Source: Desulfonatronovibrionaceae bacterium
GTDB lineage: Bacteria; Desulfobacterota; Desulfovibrionia; Desulfovibrionales; Desulfonatronovibrionaceae
Length of the DNA: 34,989 bases
Direction of reading: 5' to 3'
NCBI GenBank assembly: GCA_046539845.1
Contig: JBKHGE010000022.1
Location: 1 to 34,989, forward strand
Shown: one piece after another, positions 26,897 through 34,989 of the stretch
Layout of the letters: every line of letters begins with the position of its first letter
Position numbering within the stretch: position 1 is the stretch's first letter
Made by a program: the position numbers and the translations under genes
Notes under the pieces: model-generated
Seen by the model: only the letters and a program-made list of their open reading frames with translations
Told to the model about the DNA's origin: nothing
Database searches by the model: none

Positions 26897-27124
26897 ATGC
26901 AACAGATCATCTTCTGGACAGCCCTTTTTGTGATCGTTTCCTTTTGGATTCTGGGTTATTTGTATATAAAGACCCAGGATGAGATCAAGCAGCACGAAAG
27001 CGAACTCTCCCTGCTGCAAACCAGGCTGGAGCACCGCAAAAAGGGTCTTCTGGCTGAAGAGGAACGGATACGGGCCAAGATAAAGGAGCTGCACGCTCAG
27101 CTCCAGGAACTGAGTGAGGAATAA
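26897..27124 (+). CDS. Small membrane-anchored coiled-coil protein
   Basis: TM helix followed by a heptad-rich tail; starts 2 nt after the previous stop. Confidence 0.7.
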   Translation: MQQIIFWTALFVIVSFWILGYLYIKTQDEIKQHESELSLLQTRLEHRKKGLLAEEERIRAKIKELHAQLQELSEE

Positions 27125-27128
27125 CCCC

Positions 27129-27962
27129 TTATTCCTCCGCCCTTTGCTCCAACCTCGCGGCCAGTTTGTTCAATGTCTCCATAAAAGGATCCCCGCTGCT
27201 TTCCTGTTCCCGGACCGGTTCTGCCTGCGCCTCGCCCTGTTCGGACTCGCCTCGGACAAGCCCTTCCAGCTCGGAAATGATTTCTTCCAGCTCGCGGCGT
27301 TCCGATCCGGGCATGGTCCCGCTCCACAAATGCCGATAGATGCGCAGGGCCTGCTCATATTCCTGTTGCCTATAAAGTATGTCCGCCATGGACCTGGTCC
27401 AGGCTGGCTCCTCGAAATCTAAATCCTCCACCTCCTCAGCGTCCTCGTCCGGGGCAGGGGATTCCATGGTTTTTTTTACTCCGGGGTCGGGCTTTTGTTC
27501 CCCGGAAAGGGTCTTCTCTTCAGACCCTGCTTTTTTTGCCGATTCTGCAGGAGGGCTGCTTAAAATATTTTTTAACCCTTCCTGCATTATGGCCGCCAGA
27601 CTGAGCGGCCTGCCTTTGGACTCGGCCGCAAGTATCTGAAGGGCCAGGGCCATTTCCTCCCGGCCCGCCTCCCGGTAATCCTGCAGGATAAGCTCCCAGA
27701 AAAAGCCTTTGGAGCTTATCCCGGAAAAAATCTCCCGGACCAACTCCCTGCTCGCCTCGTAATCGTTTTGTTGATAACAGACCGAGGCCAAAAGCATCCG
27801 GGCCTCGAAATGCCCGGGATGGTGCTTGAGCCCACGGGTCAGGACATCTCTGGCCTCCTGCAGCCGACCTTCCCCGGCATATATCTCGGCCAGGGGGAAA
27901 AACAGCCTGGAGCCGGGCTCCAGCTCCAGTACCTCCAGATAAAACTTTTCCTTTTGCTCCAT
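27129..27962 (-). CDS. Tetratricopeptide repeat protein
   Basis: EVLELEPGSRLFFPLAEIY..GLKHHPGHFEARMLL and C-terminal TRSMADILYRQ..ALRIY. Start taken at ATG 27962. Confidence 0.8.
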   Translation of the reverse strand: MEQKEKFYLEVLELEPGSRLFFPLAEIYAGEGRLQEARDVLTRGLKHHPGHFEARMLLASVCYQQNDYEASRELVREIFSGISSKGFFWELILQDYREAGREEMALALQILAAESKGRPLSLAAIMQEGLKNILSSPPAESAKKAGSEEKTLSGEQKPDPGVKKTMESPAPDEDAEEVEDLDFEEPAWTRSMADILYRQQEYEQALRIYRHLWSGTMPGSERRELEEIISELEGLVRGESEQGEAQAEPVREQESSGDPFMETLNKLAARLEQRAEE

Positions 27963-27963
27963 C

Positions 27964-28260
27964 CTAATCTCCTGTATCCTGGTCTGCGTCTGGAAAGACA
28001 TAGATGACCTCGTCCCCGGCCACATAGTGTAGCCTCTCGCGGACCATCTTCATCCTGTAGCGGGCGTCGTTTCTGAGCAACTCGATCTCCCGGCTCAATC
28101 GGCGATTTTCTTCCTGAAGACAGCGGTTCTCCTCTTTTTTGTCCTCATACAAACTCCGCAGGTGGAGGTAGTCAAACACCCCGTTGTCCGCGACAAAAAG
28201 CTCCGCAAGCAAGATCACTATCACGATCCACAAAAACCCGGTCACGACCCTGTAAGTCAT
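27964..28260 (-). CDS. ftsB: Septum formation initiator (FtsB/DivIC family)
   Basis: TM helix, NGVFDY, coiled coil ENRRLSREIELLRND, and VRERLHYV..DEVIY. Confidence 0.85.
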   Translation of the reverse strand: MTYRVVTGFLWIVIVILLAELFVADNGVFDYLHLRSLYEDKKEENRCLQEENRRLSREIELLRNDARYRMKMVRERLHYVAGDEVIYVFPDADQDTGD

Positions 28261-28300
28261 GCGGCACTCCTGAAGCAGGACCTAACAAGGATCCGGGGGG

Positions 28301-28570
28301 TCACTGGACAAGATCCCGGCCGAGGATACCAACCCCGGACAATTGCAAGGGCTCCCTGATCTCCTCCAGAAAGCTCCTGGTGGCATCCTCTATCCGGATC
28401 ACATCGCTTTCACTGACCGGAATATCCCGAACCCGGCCGACCATTTCCTTGATCTGACTGATTTCCGGGGCTATGTCCTTGCCCAGAGGCAGCTGCATGA
28501 CCGCGTCCTCAAGCTCGAGTATGGTCTGCAGACAAGTCAAAAGCCGGATGTGCCTGCAATTATCTAGCAT
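28301..28570 (-). CDS. Hypothetical protein
   Basis: 89-aa helical ORF overlapping the upstream gene's stop, within the minus-strand operon; GAGGAAG RBS. Confidence 0.7.
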   Translation of the reverse strand: MLDNCRHIRLLTCLQTILELEDAVMQLPLGKDIAPEISQIKEMVGRVRDIPVSESDVIRIEDATRSFLEEIREPLQLSGVGILGRDLVQ

Positions 28571-29171
28571 CTTCCTCCTCTTTGGCCGCCCTGTACCACA
28601 ATTGATTGATTACCTCATGCTCATTTATGCATAAAAGGAGATATTCCTCGATTTTTTCCTTGTCCCGGATGTGCAAATAGAAGTCAACTGCAAGCAAGAA
28701 GGCCTTGCTCTGGTCAAAGCTTGCCGCCCTCTCCCCGATCATGATTACATTGGTCTCCCGGCGCACATAACCCACCCAGGAGTGGACCTCTGTCGTGAGC
28801 GGCTCGAGCCGCTCGTCGTCCTGGACAACGACCACATTATATCTGTTCAGCCGGGCCTTGGCCGCGGCTGTATCCGGGTCATGGGTCACGGTCAGGTAAT
28901 ACCCCTTGCTGTCCAGATAGCTCCGGATACGGTCTTCAATATCCTCGTCCAGCACACTAATAAGAGCGATCTTGGCCCCGGGCGGAAAATAATCCGGTTC
29001 CGCTCCCGCCGGGCCGGATAAATCCGGCCGGTTATCTTCTGCTCCGCCCTGGAGGTCGACCACATTCTTTTCCCTGCACGACGGGCACTTAAAAGTAAAT
29101 TTGGGGGCATCCGGCAATTTTTCATCCGGGACATTAAAGACCTTGCTGCAGTTGGTGCACTTGATTTCCAT
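28560..29171 (-). CDS. Zinc-ribbon (MJ0042 finger-like) protein with a receiver-like C-terminal domain
   Basis: CTNC..VPDEKLP..FKCPSC followed by an alpha/beta domain. Confidence 0.8.
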   Translation of the reverse strand: MEIKCTNCSKVFNVPDEKLPDAPKFTFKCPSCREKNVVDLQGGAEDNRPDLSGPAGAEPDYFPPGAKIALISVLDEDIEDRIRSYLDSKGYYLTVTHDPDTAAAKARLNRYNVVVVQDDERLEPLTTEVHSWVGYVRRETNVIMIGERAASFDQSKAFLLAVDFYLHIRDKEKIEEYLLLCINEHEVINQLWYRAAKEEEDAR

Positions 29172-29220
29172 CTTCTTTCCGGCCCCGCGCGTTTTGATTT
29201 TCTGTCCGGCAAAGCCGGGG

Positions 29221-30390
29221 TCAGCTTACTGTGTCGTCGTAAGACCAGTCCACTTCCAGGCCTTTGATATCGGTCACTTCCTCGCCCCGCTCCACTTTTA
29301 TCTTGTCGATCATCTGCTTCAAGAGGGTCTTGTCCGAGGCGTTGAGCAAAGCGATATTCTCGCTGATCTGCCTTTTTTCATACAGCTTGAGCAGGTGTTG
29401 GTCAAAAGTGAACATGCCGTAGGCATCCCCCTCGGAGACTAGATTGTAAAAAGAGGTGTCCGCGTCCTCGCCCCGCAGGATGGTCTCCCGGACCCGCAGA
29501 TTATTGCGCATGATCTCGAACGCGGCCACGCGCCCGCCTTTTATCCTGGGCATAAGCCGTTGTGAAACCACAAACTTCAGACTCTCGGACAGCCGCATAC
29601 GGATGAAGCGTTCCTCCGAGGTATCATACATCCCGATTATCCGGCTTATGGTCTGGCCGGCATCGCTGGTGTGCAGGGTGCCCAGGACCAGATGGCCGGT
29701 CTCCGCCGCCTCCAGGGCAATATTCACGGTCTCCCGGTCCCGGATTTCCCCGACCAGAATAACCTTGGGCGCCTGACGCAGTGCAGCCCGTAGGCCGGAG
29801 GCAAAGGTGTCAAAATCGTTGCCCAGCTCCCGCTGGTTGACCACGCTTTTCTTATGCCGGTGCAGATACTCTATGGGGTCTTCCAGGGTGACTATGTGCT
29901 TGGCCTGGGCTTCATTTATGGAATCAATCAGCGCGGCCAGGGAAGTGGACTTACCAGTCCCTGTCCCGCCGGTGACCAGGATCAGCCCGTACTGTTCCTC
30001 GGTCATCTGGTTGAACATGGGTGGGAGGTCCAGTCCGGAAATCGTGGGGATCTCCATGGCCAGTTTGCGCATAACCATGGCCACAGTCCCGCGCTGGTTG
30101 AACACATTCACCCTAAACCTGGCCTTTTTGGGTAAAACATAGGTCAAGTCGCAGGAACCGGTCCGGATCTGGTCTTTATACAGCCGCAGGTTCTGACCCA
30201 TGGCCACCCGGGCCATGGATTCGGTCTGAAACGGCTTCAGCCGGCCAAGGTCCGGCTGGACCTTTACGTCCCGCAAGTCCCCGTCCACCTCGGCCTGGAT
30301 CGGTTTACCTGCGGTAAAGATTATGTCCGAGAGCCTGGGCGCGGCTGCAATGACCTCATCAATGATCTGATCCATATGCGATCTGAGCAT
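29221..30390 (-). CDS. pilU: PilT/PilU-family type IV pilus retraction ATPase (PilU-like)
   Basis: GGTGTGKS, TLEDPIE, VILVGEIRD and ETGHLVLGTLH; lacks the AIRNLIRE motif. Confidence 0.85.
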   Translation of the reverse strand: MLRSHMDQIIDEVIAAAPRLSDIIFTAGKPIQAEVDGDLRDVKVQPDLGRLKPFQTESMARVAMGQNLRLYKDQIRTGSCDLTYVLPKKARFRVNVFNQRGTVAMVMRKLAMEIPTISGLDLPPMFNQMTEEQYGLILVTGGTGTGKSTSLAALIDSINEAQAKHIVTLEDPIEYLHRHKKSVVNQRELGNDFDTFASGLRAALRQAPKVILVGEIRDRETVNIALEAAETGHLVLGTLHTSDAGQTISRIIGMYDTSEERFIRMRLSESLKFVVSQRLMPRIKGGRVAAFEIMRNNLRVRETILRGEDADTSFYNLVSEGDAYGMFTFDQHLLKLYEKRQISENIALLNASDKTLLKQMIDKIKVERGEEVTDIKGLEVDWSYDDTVS

Positions 30391-30453
30391 AATCTATCAC
30401 TCTCCTTGTCTGGCCGGCGTATCTATGCCGTGTCCGATCCGCATCCGGGCCGG

Positions 30454-31536
30454 CTAAATCTCGGTGAAATCCTCCGGGGGCTCCTCCAGGTAATCCCGGA
30501 ATTTGCCCTTGTTCACCGCCTTGTTATACGCAGACTCCGCATCTATCATCCCCTTTTTCAAGAGCTCCATGATCGCGTCGTCCAGGGCCTGCATGCCATA
30601 TTTGCGGCCGGTCTCTATCATGGAGTTTACCTGATATGTCTTGTTCTCCCGGATCAGATTGCGTACCGCCGGGGTGGCAATAAGGATCTCCAAAGCGGCC
30701 ACCCGGCCCGGCTCATCCGTTCTCTTGAACAGATTCTGGGCCACCACCGCCCGAAGGGAGTCGGCCAAACCGGAGCGGATCTGGCCCTGCAGGTTCCCGG
30801 GAAAGACCTCGATTATGCGGTCAATTGTCTTGGACGCGGAAATGGTGTGCAGAGTGCCGAACACCAGATGGCCGGTCTCCGCCGCCTCCAGGGCCAGTTG
30901 AATGGTCTCCAGATCCCGCATTTCTCCGACCAGGATTATATCCGGATCCTCGCGCAGCGCCCCGCGGAGCGCGGCCTGAAAATTTTTAGTGTCCCGGCCC
31001 ACTTCCCGCTGATTTATCAGACAGTGCACCGGTTCATGCACGAATTCTATGGGGTCTTCTATGGTCAGGAGATGGTCCTTGCGGGTGCGGTTGGCATAGT
31101 CGATCATCGCGGCCTGAGTGGTCGATTTACCCGACCCGGTGGGTCCGGTGACCAGGACAAGACCCTTGGGCAGGTGGGCCAGTTTCTTTAGAATGGGCGG
31201 CAGGCCCAGGTCGTCGATGCTCAGGATCTTTTCCGGGATCTCCCGGAAGGCCGCGGCTATGCCCCGTCTCTGCAGGAAGAAATTCACCCTGTACCTGGCT
31301 ATCTTGGGGACCTCATAGGAAAAATCAATGTCCCCGGTTTCCTCGAACTCCTTGGCCTTGCTCTCCGGGGCTATTTCATAGAGCATCTTTTTCAGTTCGT
31401 CGTGGTTCAGGGCCTTGTATTTCACCCTCTGCATCTCGCCGTGCAGGCGGATCACCGGCTGGGAACCGGAAGAAAGATGCAAGTCCGAGGCCCCCAAATC
31501 ATGCATCATCTTAAAAAAGGCGTCTATCTGGGCCAT
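30454..31536 (-). CDS. pilT: Type IV pilus retraction ATPase PilT
   Basis: ASDLHL, GPTGSGKSTT, LREDPDIILVGEMRD and AVRNLIRE. Confidence 0.95.
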   Translation of the reverse strand: MAQIDAFFKMMHDLGASDLHLSSGSQPVIRLHGEMQRVKYKALNHDELKKMLYEIAPESKAKEFEETGDIDFSYEVPKIARYRVNFFLQRRGIAAAFREIPEKILSIDDLGLPPILKKLAHLPKGLVLVTGPTGSGKSTTQAAMIDYANRTRKDHLLTIEDPIEFVHEPVHCLINQREVGRDTKNFQAALRGALREDPDIILVGEMRDLETIQLALEAAETGHLVFGTLHTISASKTIDRIIEVFPGNLQGQIRSGLADSLRAVVAQNLFKRTDEPGRVAALEILIATPAVRNLIRENKTYQVNSMIETGRKYGMQALDDAIMELLKKGMIDAESAYNKAVNKGKFRDYLEEPPEDFTEI

Positions 31537-31557
31537 TTTTTCCTCTCACGCTTTTGG

Positions 31558-32100
31558 CTAGCCGGCCAGTACCTTGCGGTAAAAGCCGACTATATAGTTC
31601 ACTCCGGAAAACACGGTGAGCACTAGGGCGATGTATATAAGCACCGCACCCACTCCCCGGGGATCAAAGCCCCACCAGGTATAGTGCAGGATAAGGGGAC
31701 ACAGGGCCACGCACTGAATAATGGTCTTTATCTTCCCATACTTGTCCGCGGCTATAACCAACCCTTTTTCCGCGGCCACCGAACGCAGGCCGGTAACCAT
31801 GAGCTCCCGGCAGATAATGACCACCGCTATCCAGCCCTGCAACCAGCCAAGCTGGACCAGCATCACCAAGACCGCGGCAATCAGCAACTTGTCCGCCAGG
31901 GGGTCCAGGAATTTGCCCACGTTGGTGATCAGATTGTATCTGCGGGCGATGATGCCATCGGCCAAATCGGTCAGGCAGGCGGCTATAAACAAAAGCATGG
32001 CCACAAGCGCTGTAATCCGGTTCGGAAAATACATAAGAAACACGATCAGGGGAATGCTCCCCATGCGGGCCAGAGTGAGGTTATTGGCCAGATTAAACAT
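31558..32100 (-). CDS. pgsA: CDP-diacylglycerol--glycerol-3-phosphate 3-phosphatidyltransferase
   Basis: NNLTLAR, TDLADGIIARR..GKFLDPLADK, RELMVTGLR and GKIKT. Confidence 0.95.
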   Translation of the reverse strand: MFNLANNLTLARMGSIPLIVFLMYFPNRITALVAMLLFIAACLTDLADGIIARRYNLITNVGKFLDPLADKLLIAAVLVMLVQLGWLQGWIAVVIICRELMVTGLRSVAAEKGLVIAADKYGKIKTIIQCVALCPLILHYTWWGFDPRGVGAVLIYIALVLTVFSGVNYIVGFYRKVLAG

Positions 32101-32103
32101 TTG

Positions 32104-32721
32104 CTATTCTTTCCCTTTGCGTTCCTTATATATCCTGAGCACCTTGCTTACATATAGTTTGGTCTCTCTGAAGGGTGGGATATCCCCGTACTTGTCCACC
32201 CGGGACGGTCCGGCGTTGTAGGCGGCCAGCGCAAGCGGGATCTCTTTGTACCGGGAAATAAGGGTCTTCAGATAACGGACTCCGGCCTCTATATTGGAAT
32301 CCGCCTCAAACGGATCCTCCAGCCCCAGCTCCTTCTGGGTCCCGGGGATTATCTGCATCAATCCCTCCGCCCCGGCGGTAGATACCGCCTTGGAGTTGTA
32401 GTCAGATTCGGCCTTGATCACCGCATGTACCAAATCCGCATCCAGGCCGTAATCCCGGGAATAACGCGCAACAGACCTGTCTATCTGATCCTGGCTCAGA
32501 TCCTTTTGGCTTACCGCCAGAAACGGTCTGAATCTATCCGAATCCGGCGTATCTGTAAAATGCATTACCCCGGATTCATCCTGATAGAAATAGATGGTCT
32601 CCGCCCGGACGCTCCCGCAAAAAAAGACCATACACACCAGACAAAGAATGGACAGGACGGGAAAAGTACCCGGCCCGCTCCAAACGCTACCCGGCGCTTG
32701 TCTCTTGCTTCTATCTGACAT
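32104..32721 (-). CDS. Lytic transglycosylase (SLT domain) with an N-terminal DUF4124-like segment
   Basis: AVIKAES, GAEGLMQI, LALAAYNAGP and IPPFRET..YV; N-terminal YQDESGVMHFTDTP. Confidence 0.92.
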   Translation of the reverse strand: MSDRSKRQAPGSVWSGPGTFPVLSILCLVCMVFFCGSVRAETIYFYQDESGVMHFTDTPDSDRFRPFLAVSQKDLSQDQIDRSVARYSRDYGLDADLVHAVIKAESDYNSKAVSTAGAEGLMQIIPGTQKELGLEDPFEADSNIEAGVRYLKTLISRYKEIPLALAAYNAGPSRVDKYGDIPPFRETKLYVSKVLRIYKERKGKE

Positions 32722-32733
32722 TGCCTAATACTC

Positions 32734-33501
32734 CTAAAAACTGCCTAGATACCAGCCTACGATCTCCTCCCCGCACAAGAGATAGGCATAGGCGCCCAGG
32801 GCAAGAAAGGGCCCGAAAGGGATTTTGGTCTGCATCCCTTTGTACCGGTCGCGGTACAGATAGTACAGACTGGCTATCAGACCCAGACAGGAGGCCAGAA
32901 AAATGGTCAGCGGCAGCCCTTTCCAGCCGACCAGGGCCCCGAGCATGAGCATAAGCTTCACGTCACCGCTTCCAAGCCCTTCCTGTCCCTTTATCAATTT
33001 ATATGTGTACTGCAACCCCCAGAACAGTGCAAACCCGGCAATCGCGCCTATAAGCGCGTCCAGCCAGAAGATCGGAAGGAAGAAGCTGGCGGCCAGGGCC
33101 AACACCGCGCCCGGCAAGGTAAGGAAGTCCGGGAGGATGTATGCCTCAAGGTCAATGAATGAAGCGACTATGAGTACGCCAGCCAGAGCGAAGTACACCA
33201 GCCAGGACCAGGAGAACCCGAACTTGAGGGCCAGTAACACGGCCGTCGCCCCGGAGACGATCTCCACGGCCATGTAACGCGGTCTGATCCCTGCCCGGCA
33301 ACTGCGGCACCGCCCCCTTAAAAGCACATAGCTCAAAACCGGGATGTTCTCCCACCAGGATAAAGCGTGGCCGCACTCCGGGCAGTGCGAGGCGGGCAGG
33401 ACAATGGACTCCCCGTTTAGGAACCTGTGTATGCACACATTGAAAAAGCTGCCCAGACACAGACCCAGAACCGCTGCCCCAAAGACAAAATATGACTGCA
33501 T
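32734..33501 (-). CDS. pilD: Prepilin peptidase / N-methyltransferase (A24)
   Basis: GSFFNVCIHR, CPEC..CRSC, GLGSGDVKL and IPFGPFL. Confidence 0.95.
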   Translation of the reverse strand: MQSYFVFGAAVLGLCLGSFFNVCIHRFLNGESIVLPASHCPECGHALSWWENIPVLSYVLLRGRCRSCRAGIRPRYMAVEIVSGATAVLLALKFGFSWSWLVYFALAGVLIVASFIDLEAYILPDFLTLPGAVLALAASFFLPIFWLDALIGAIAGFALFWGLQYTYKLIKGQEGLGSGDVKLMLMLGALVGWKGLPLTIFLASCLGLIASLYYLYRDRYKGMQTKIPFGPFLALGAYAYLLCGEEIVGWYLGSF

Positions 33502-33580
33502 TTATATCCGCCTGTTGAATCTGTTTTCCTGAAGGCATTTGCGCCGCTTCAACTGGCTGTCGCCCCGGTCCTGTCCGCGG

Positions 33581-33610
33581 TTGACAAATGCCTCTGCCGG
33601 CAACCATAAT
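33581..33610 (+). promoter_or_regulatory. Sigma70-type promoter upstream of the paaK-like gene
   Basis: TTGACA (33581-33586), 18 nt, CATAAT (33605-33610). Confidence 0.55.
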
Positions 33611-33817
33611 ATAATTTTATGCGCTGACCGGACACAGCGCAGGGTTGCCCCGGACCTGACTGTTTGCCTTATACATGCCGTTTCAGCCGCGGGCAACTCC
33701 CAAAAAGCGGGCAGCCAGAAAGTAGGGGGCCGCCGGGAACGGAGCGCTAAAGATCAGAGTCAGACCCCTGTCCGCTGCAGGGTCGAAACCGCTTTATCCG
33801 CACAGGAGTTCAATAAC

Positions 33818-34989
33818 ATGAGACAGACCAGATTCATCCCCCGCCTGCACCCTGAGGAGCTGGTTGCAATCCAAGAAAAAGGCCTGCAGTGGACTGTCGG
33901 CCATGTCTATGAAAACAGCCCGTTTTACAAGGAACGCCTCAAAGAACACGGGATCGAACCCGGCAATATCCGCGGCCTGGAGGACCTTACCCGGCTCCCG
34001 GTAACCACCGTGCAGGACCTAAAAGAAGGCTATCCCCTGCCCCTCTTAAGCGTCCCGGAAGAGGACGTGGTCCGCATCCATGCCTCCTCCGGGACCACTG
34101 GAAAACGTAAGATCCTGGCCTACACCCAGAAAGACATCGATGTGTGGAAAGAAATGATGGCCCGCTGCTACGAGCTGGCCGGTCTGACCCGCATGGATCG
34201 GGTCCAGATTGCTGTCGGTTACGGGCTGTGGACTGCCGGAGCCGGATTCCAGCTTGGCTGCGAACACTTCGGGGCCACGGCCGTGCCCCTGGGACCGGGG
34301 AACCTGGATTTCCACCTGCATTTCCTAACAGATATGCAAAGCACCTGCCTGTGCTCTACCGCTTCCATGGCCCTGCTTCTGGCCGAGCAAATCCAAAAGC
34401 ACGATCTGAAGAACAAAATCTCCCTGCGCCGGCTCATCTTTGGAGCGGAACCGCACACACCCAAGATGCGCCGACAGATAGAAGAGATCCTCGGCCTGGA
34501 GGACAGTTTCGACATCCCGGGAATGACCGAGGTCTACGGCCCGGGGACCGGCCTGGAGTGCAGCGCCCACCAGGGCATGCACTATTGGGCGGACCGATTC
34601 ATCCTGGAGGTGCTAGACCCGGAGACCCTTGCCCCGGTTGAGCCCGGAGAAGTCGGGGAAATGGTCATCACCACCTTGTGCAAGGAGGCAGCGCCCCTTA
34701 TCCGCTACCGCACCCGCGACCTGACCCGGATAATCCCCGGCGAGTGTCCCTGCGGCATTCCTTTCCCCAGACACGATCGTATCCTGGGACGCTCCGACGA
34801 CATGATAATCTTCAGGGGAGTAAATATCTATCCGGGACAGATCGCGGACGCCCTGGAGGACTTCCCGGAAGTAAGCTCGGAATATCTGATCCATCTCACC
34901 CGAGACAAGGGAATGGAGCAGATGAAGATAAGCGTGGAACGCAAAAAAAACGCGGCCCCAAGCGAGGAAGAAAATCTGAAACAGGCCAT
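33818..34989 (+). CDS. paaK: Phenylacetate--CoA ligase family protein (partial, runs off the window; absent from the ORF track)
   Basis: AGGAG RBS and ATG at 33818. Translation shows SPFYK, VRIHASSGTTGK, GYGLWTAG, PLIRYRTRD and GRSDDMIIFRGVNIYP. Confidence 0.9.
   Translation, partial: MRQTRFIPRLHPEELVAIQEKGLQWTVGHVYENSPFYKERLKEHGIEPGNIRGLEDLTRLPVTTVQDLKEGYPLPLLSVPEEDVVRIHASSGTTGKRKILAYTQKDIDVWKEMMARCYELAGLTRMDRVQIAVGYGLWTAGAGFQLGCEHFGATAVPLGPGNLDFHLHFLTDMQSTCLCSTASMALLLAEQIQKHDLKNKISLRRLIFGAEPHTPKMRRQIEEILGLEDSFDIPGMTEVYGPGTGLECSAHQGMHYWADRFILEVLDPETLAPVEPGEVGEMVITTLCKEAAPLIRYRTRDLTRIIPGECPCGIPFPRHDRILGRSDDMIIFRGVNIYPGQIADALEDFPEVSSEYLIHLTRDKGMEQMKISVERKKNAAPSEEENLKQA

Noticed and set aside
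33675..33725. 16-aa leader peptide MPFQPRATPKKRAARK
   Set aside because: No RBS and no run of regulatory codons, so attenuation is not supported.
33778..33792. T-box antiterminator (AGGGTCGAAACCGC)
   Set aside because: Lacks the invariant UGGN bulge, and no stem I AG-bulge/specifier features are present.

Overview
Chromosomal window from what is probably a Desulfovibrionales-type sulfate reducer (Desulfobacterota), inferred from ahbD/ahbA, the PutA type and the fbp-tsaD-trxA-trxB-bamD and pgsA/ftsB gene order. The left ~13 kb looks accessory. It holds two tandem type II toxin-antitoxin modules (RHH/VapC and Phd/RelE) bracketed by short phased inverted repeats, a surface-glycan locus (two TagB/TagF-like phosphotransferases, a LicC-like cytidylyltransferase, CgeB-like and GT2 glycosyltransferases), an orphan solute-binding protein, a hybrid histidine kinase and a DsrE-family gene. 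It ends at tRNA-Ala(GGC). The right ~21 kb is mostly core: three Hsp20 genes, ahbD-ahbA-rpe, Lrp-putA, bamD/trxB/trxA/tsaD/fbp, ftsB, pilT/pilU, pgsA, slt, pilD and a partial paaK-like ligase. Four signals stand out. (1) The DsrE ORF that the track stops at 66 aa reads through an in-frame UGA in a UxxC motif with a SECIS-like hairpin, so it is probably a 103-aa selenoprotein. (2) The TA modules have a cassette-like architecture defined by mirror-phased ATTCGCG repeats. (3) A dispersed REP-like repeat occurs at three sites, and one copy carries a nested 36-nt hairpin insertion. (4) A ~200-nt structured leader lies before the paaK-like gene. All family calls come from motif recognition by eye. 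No searches were run.
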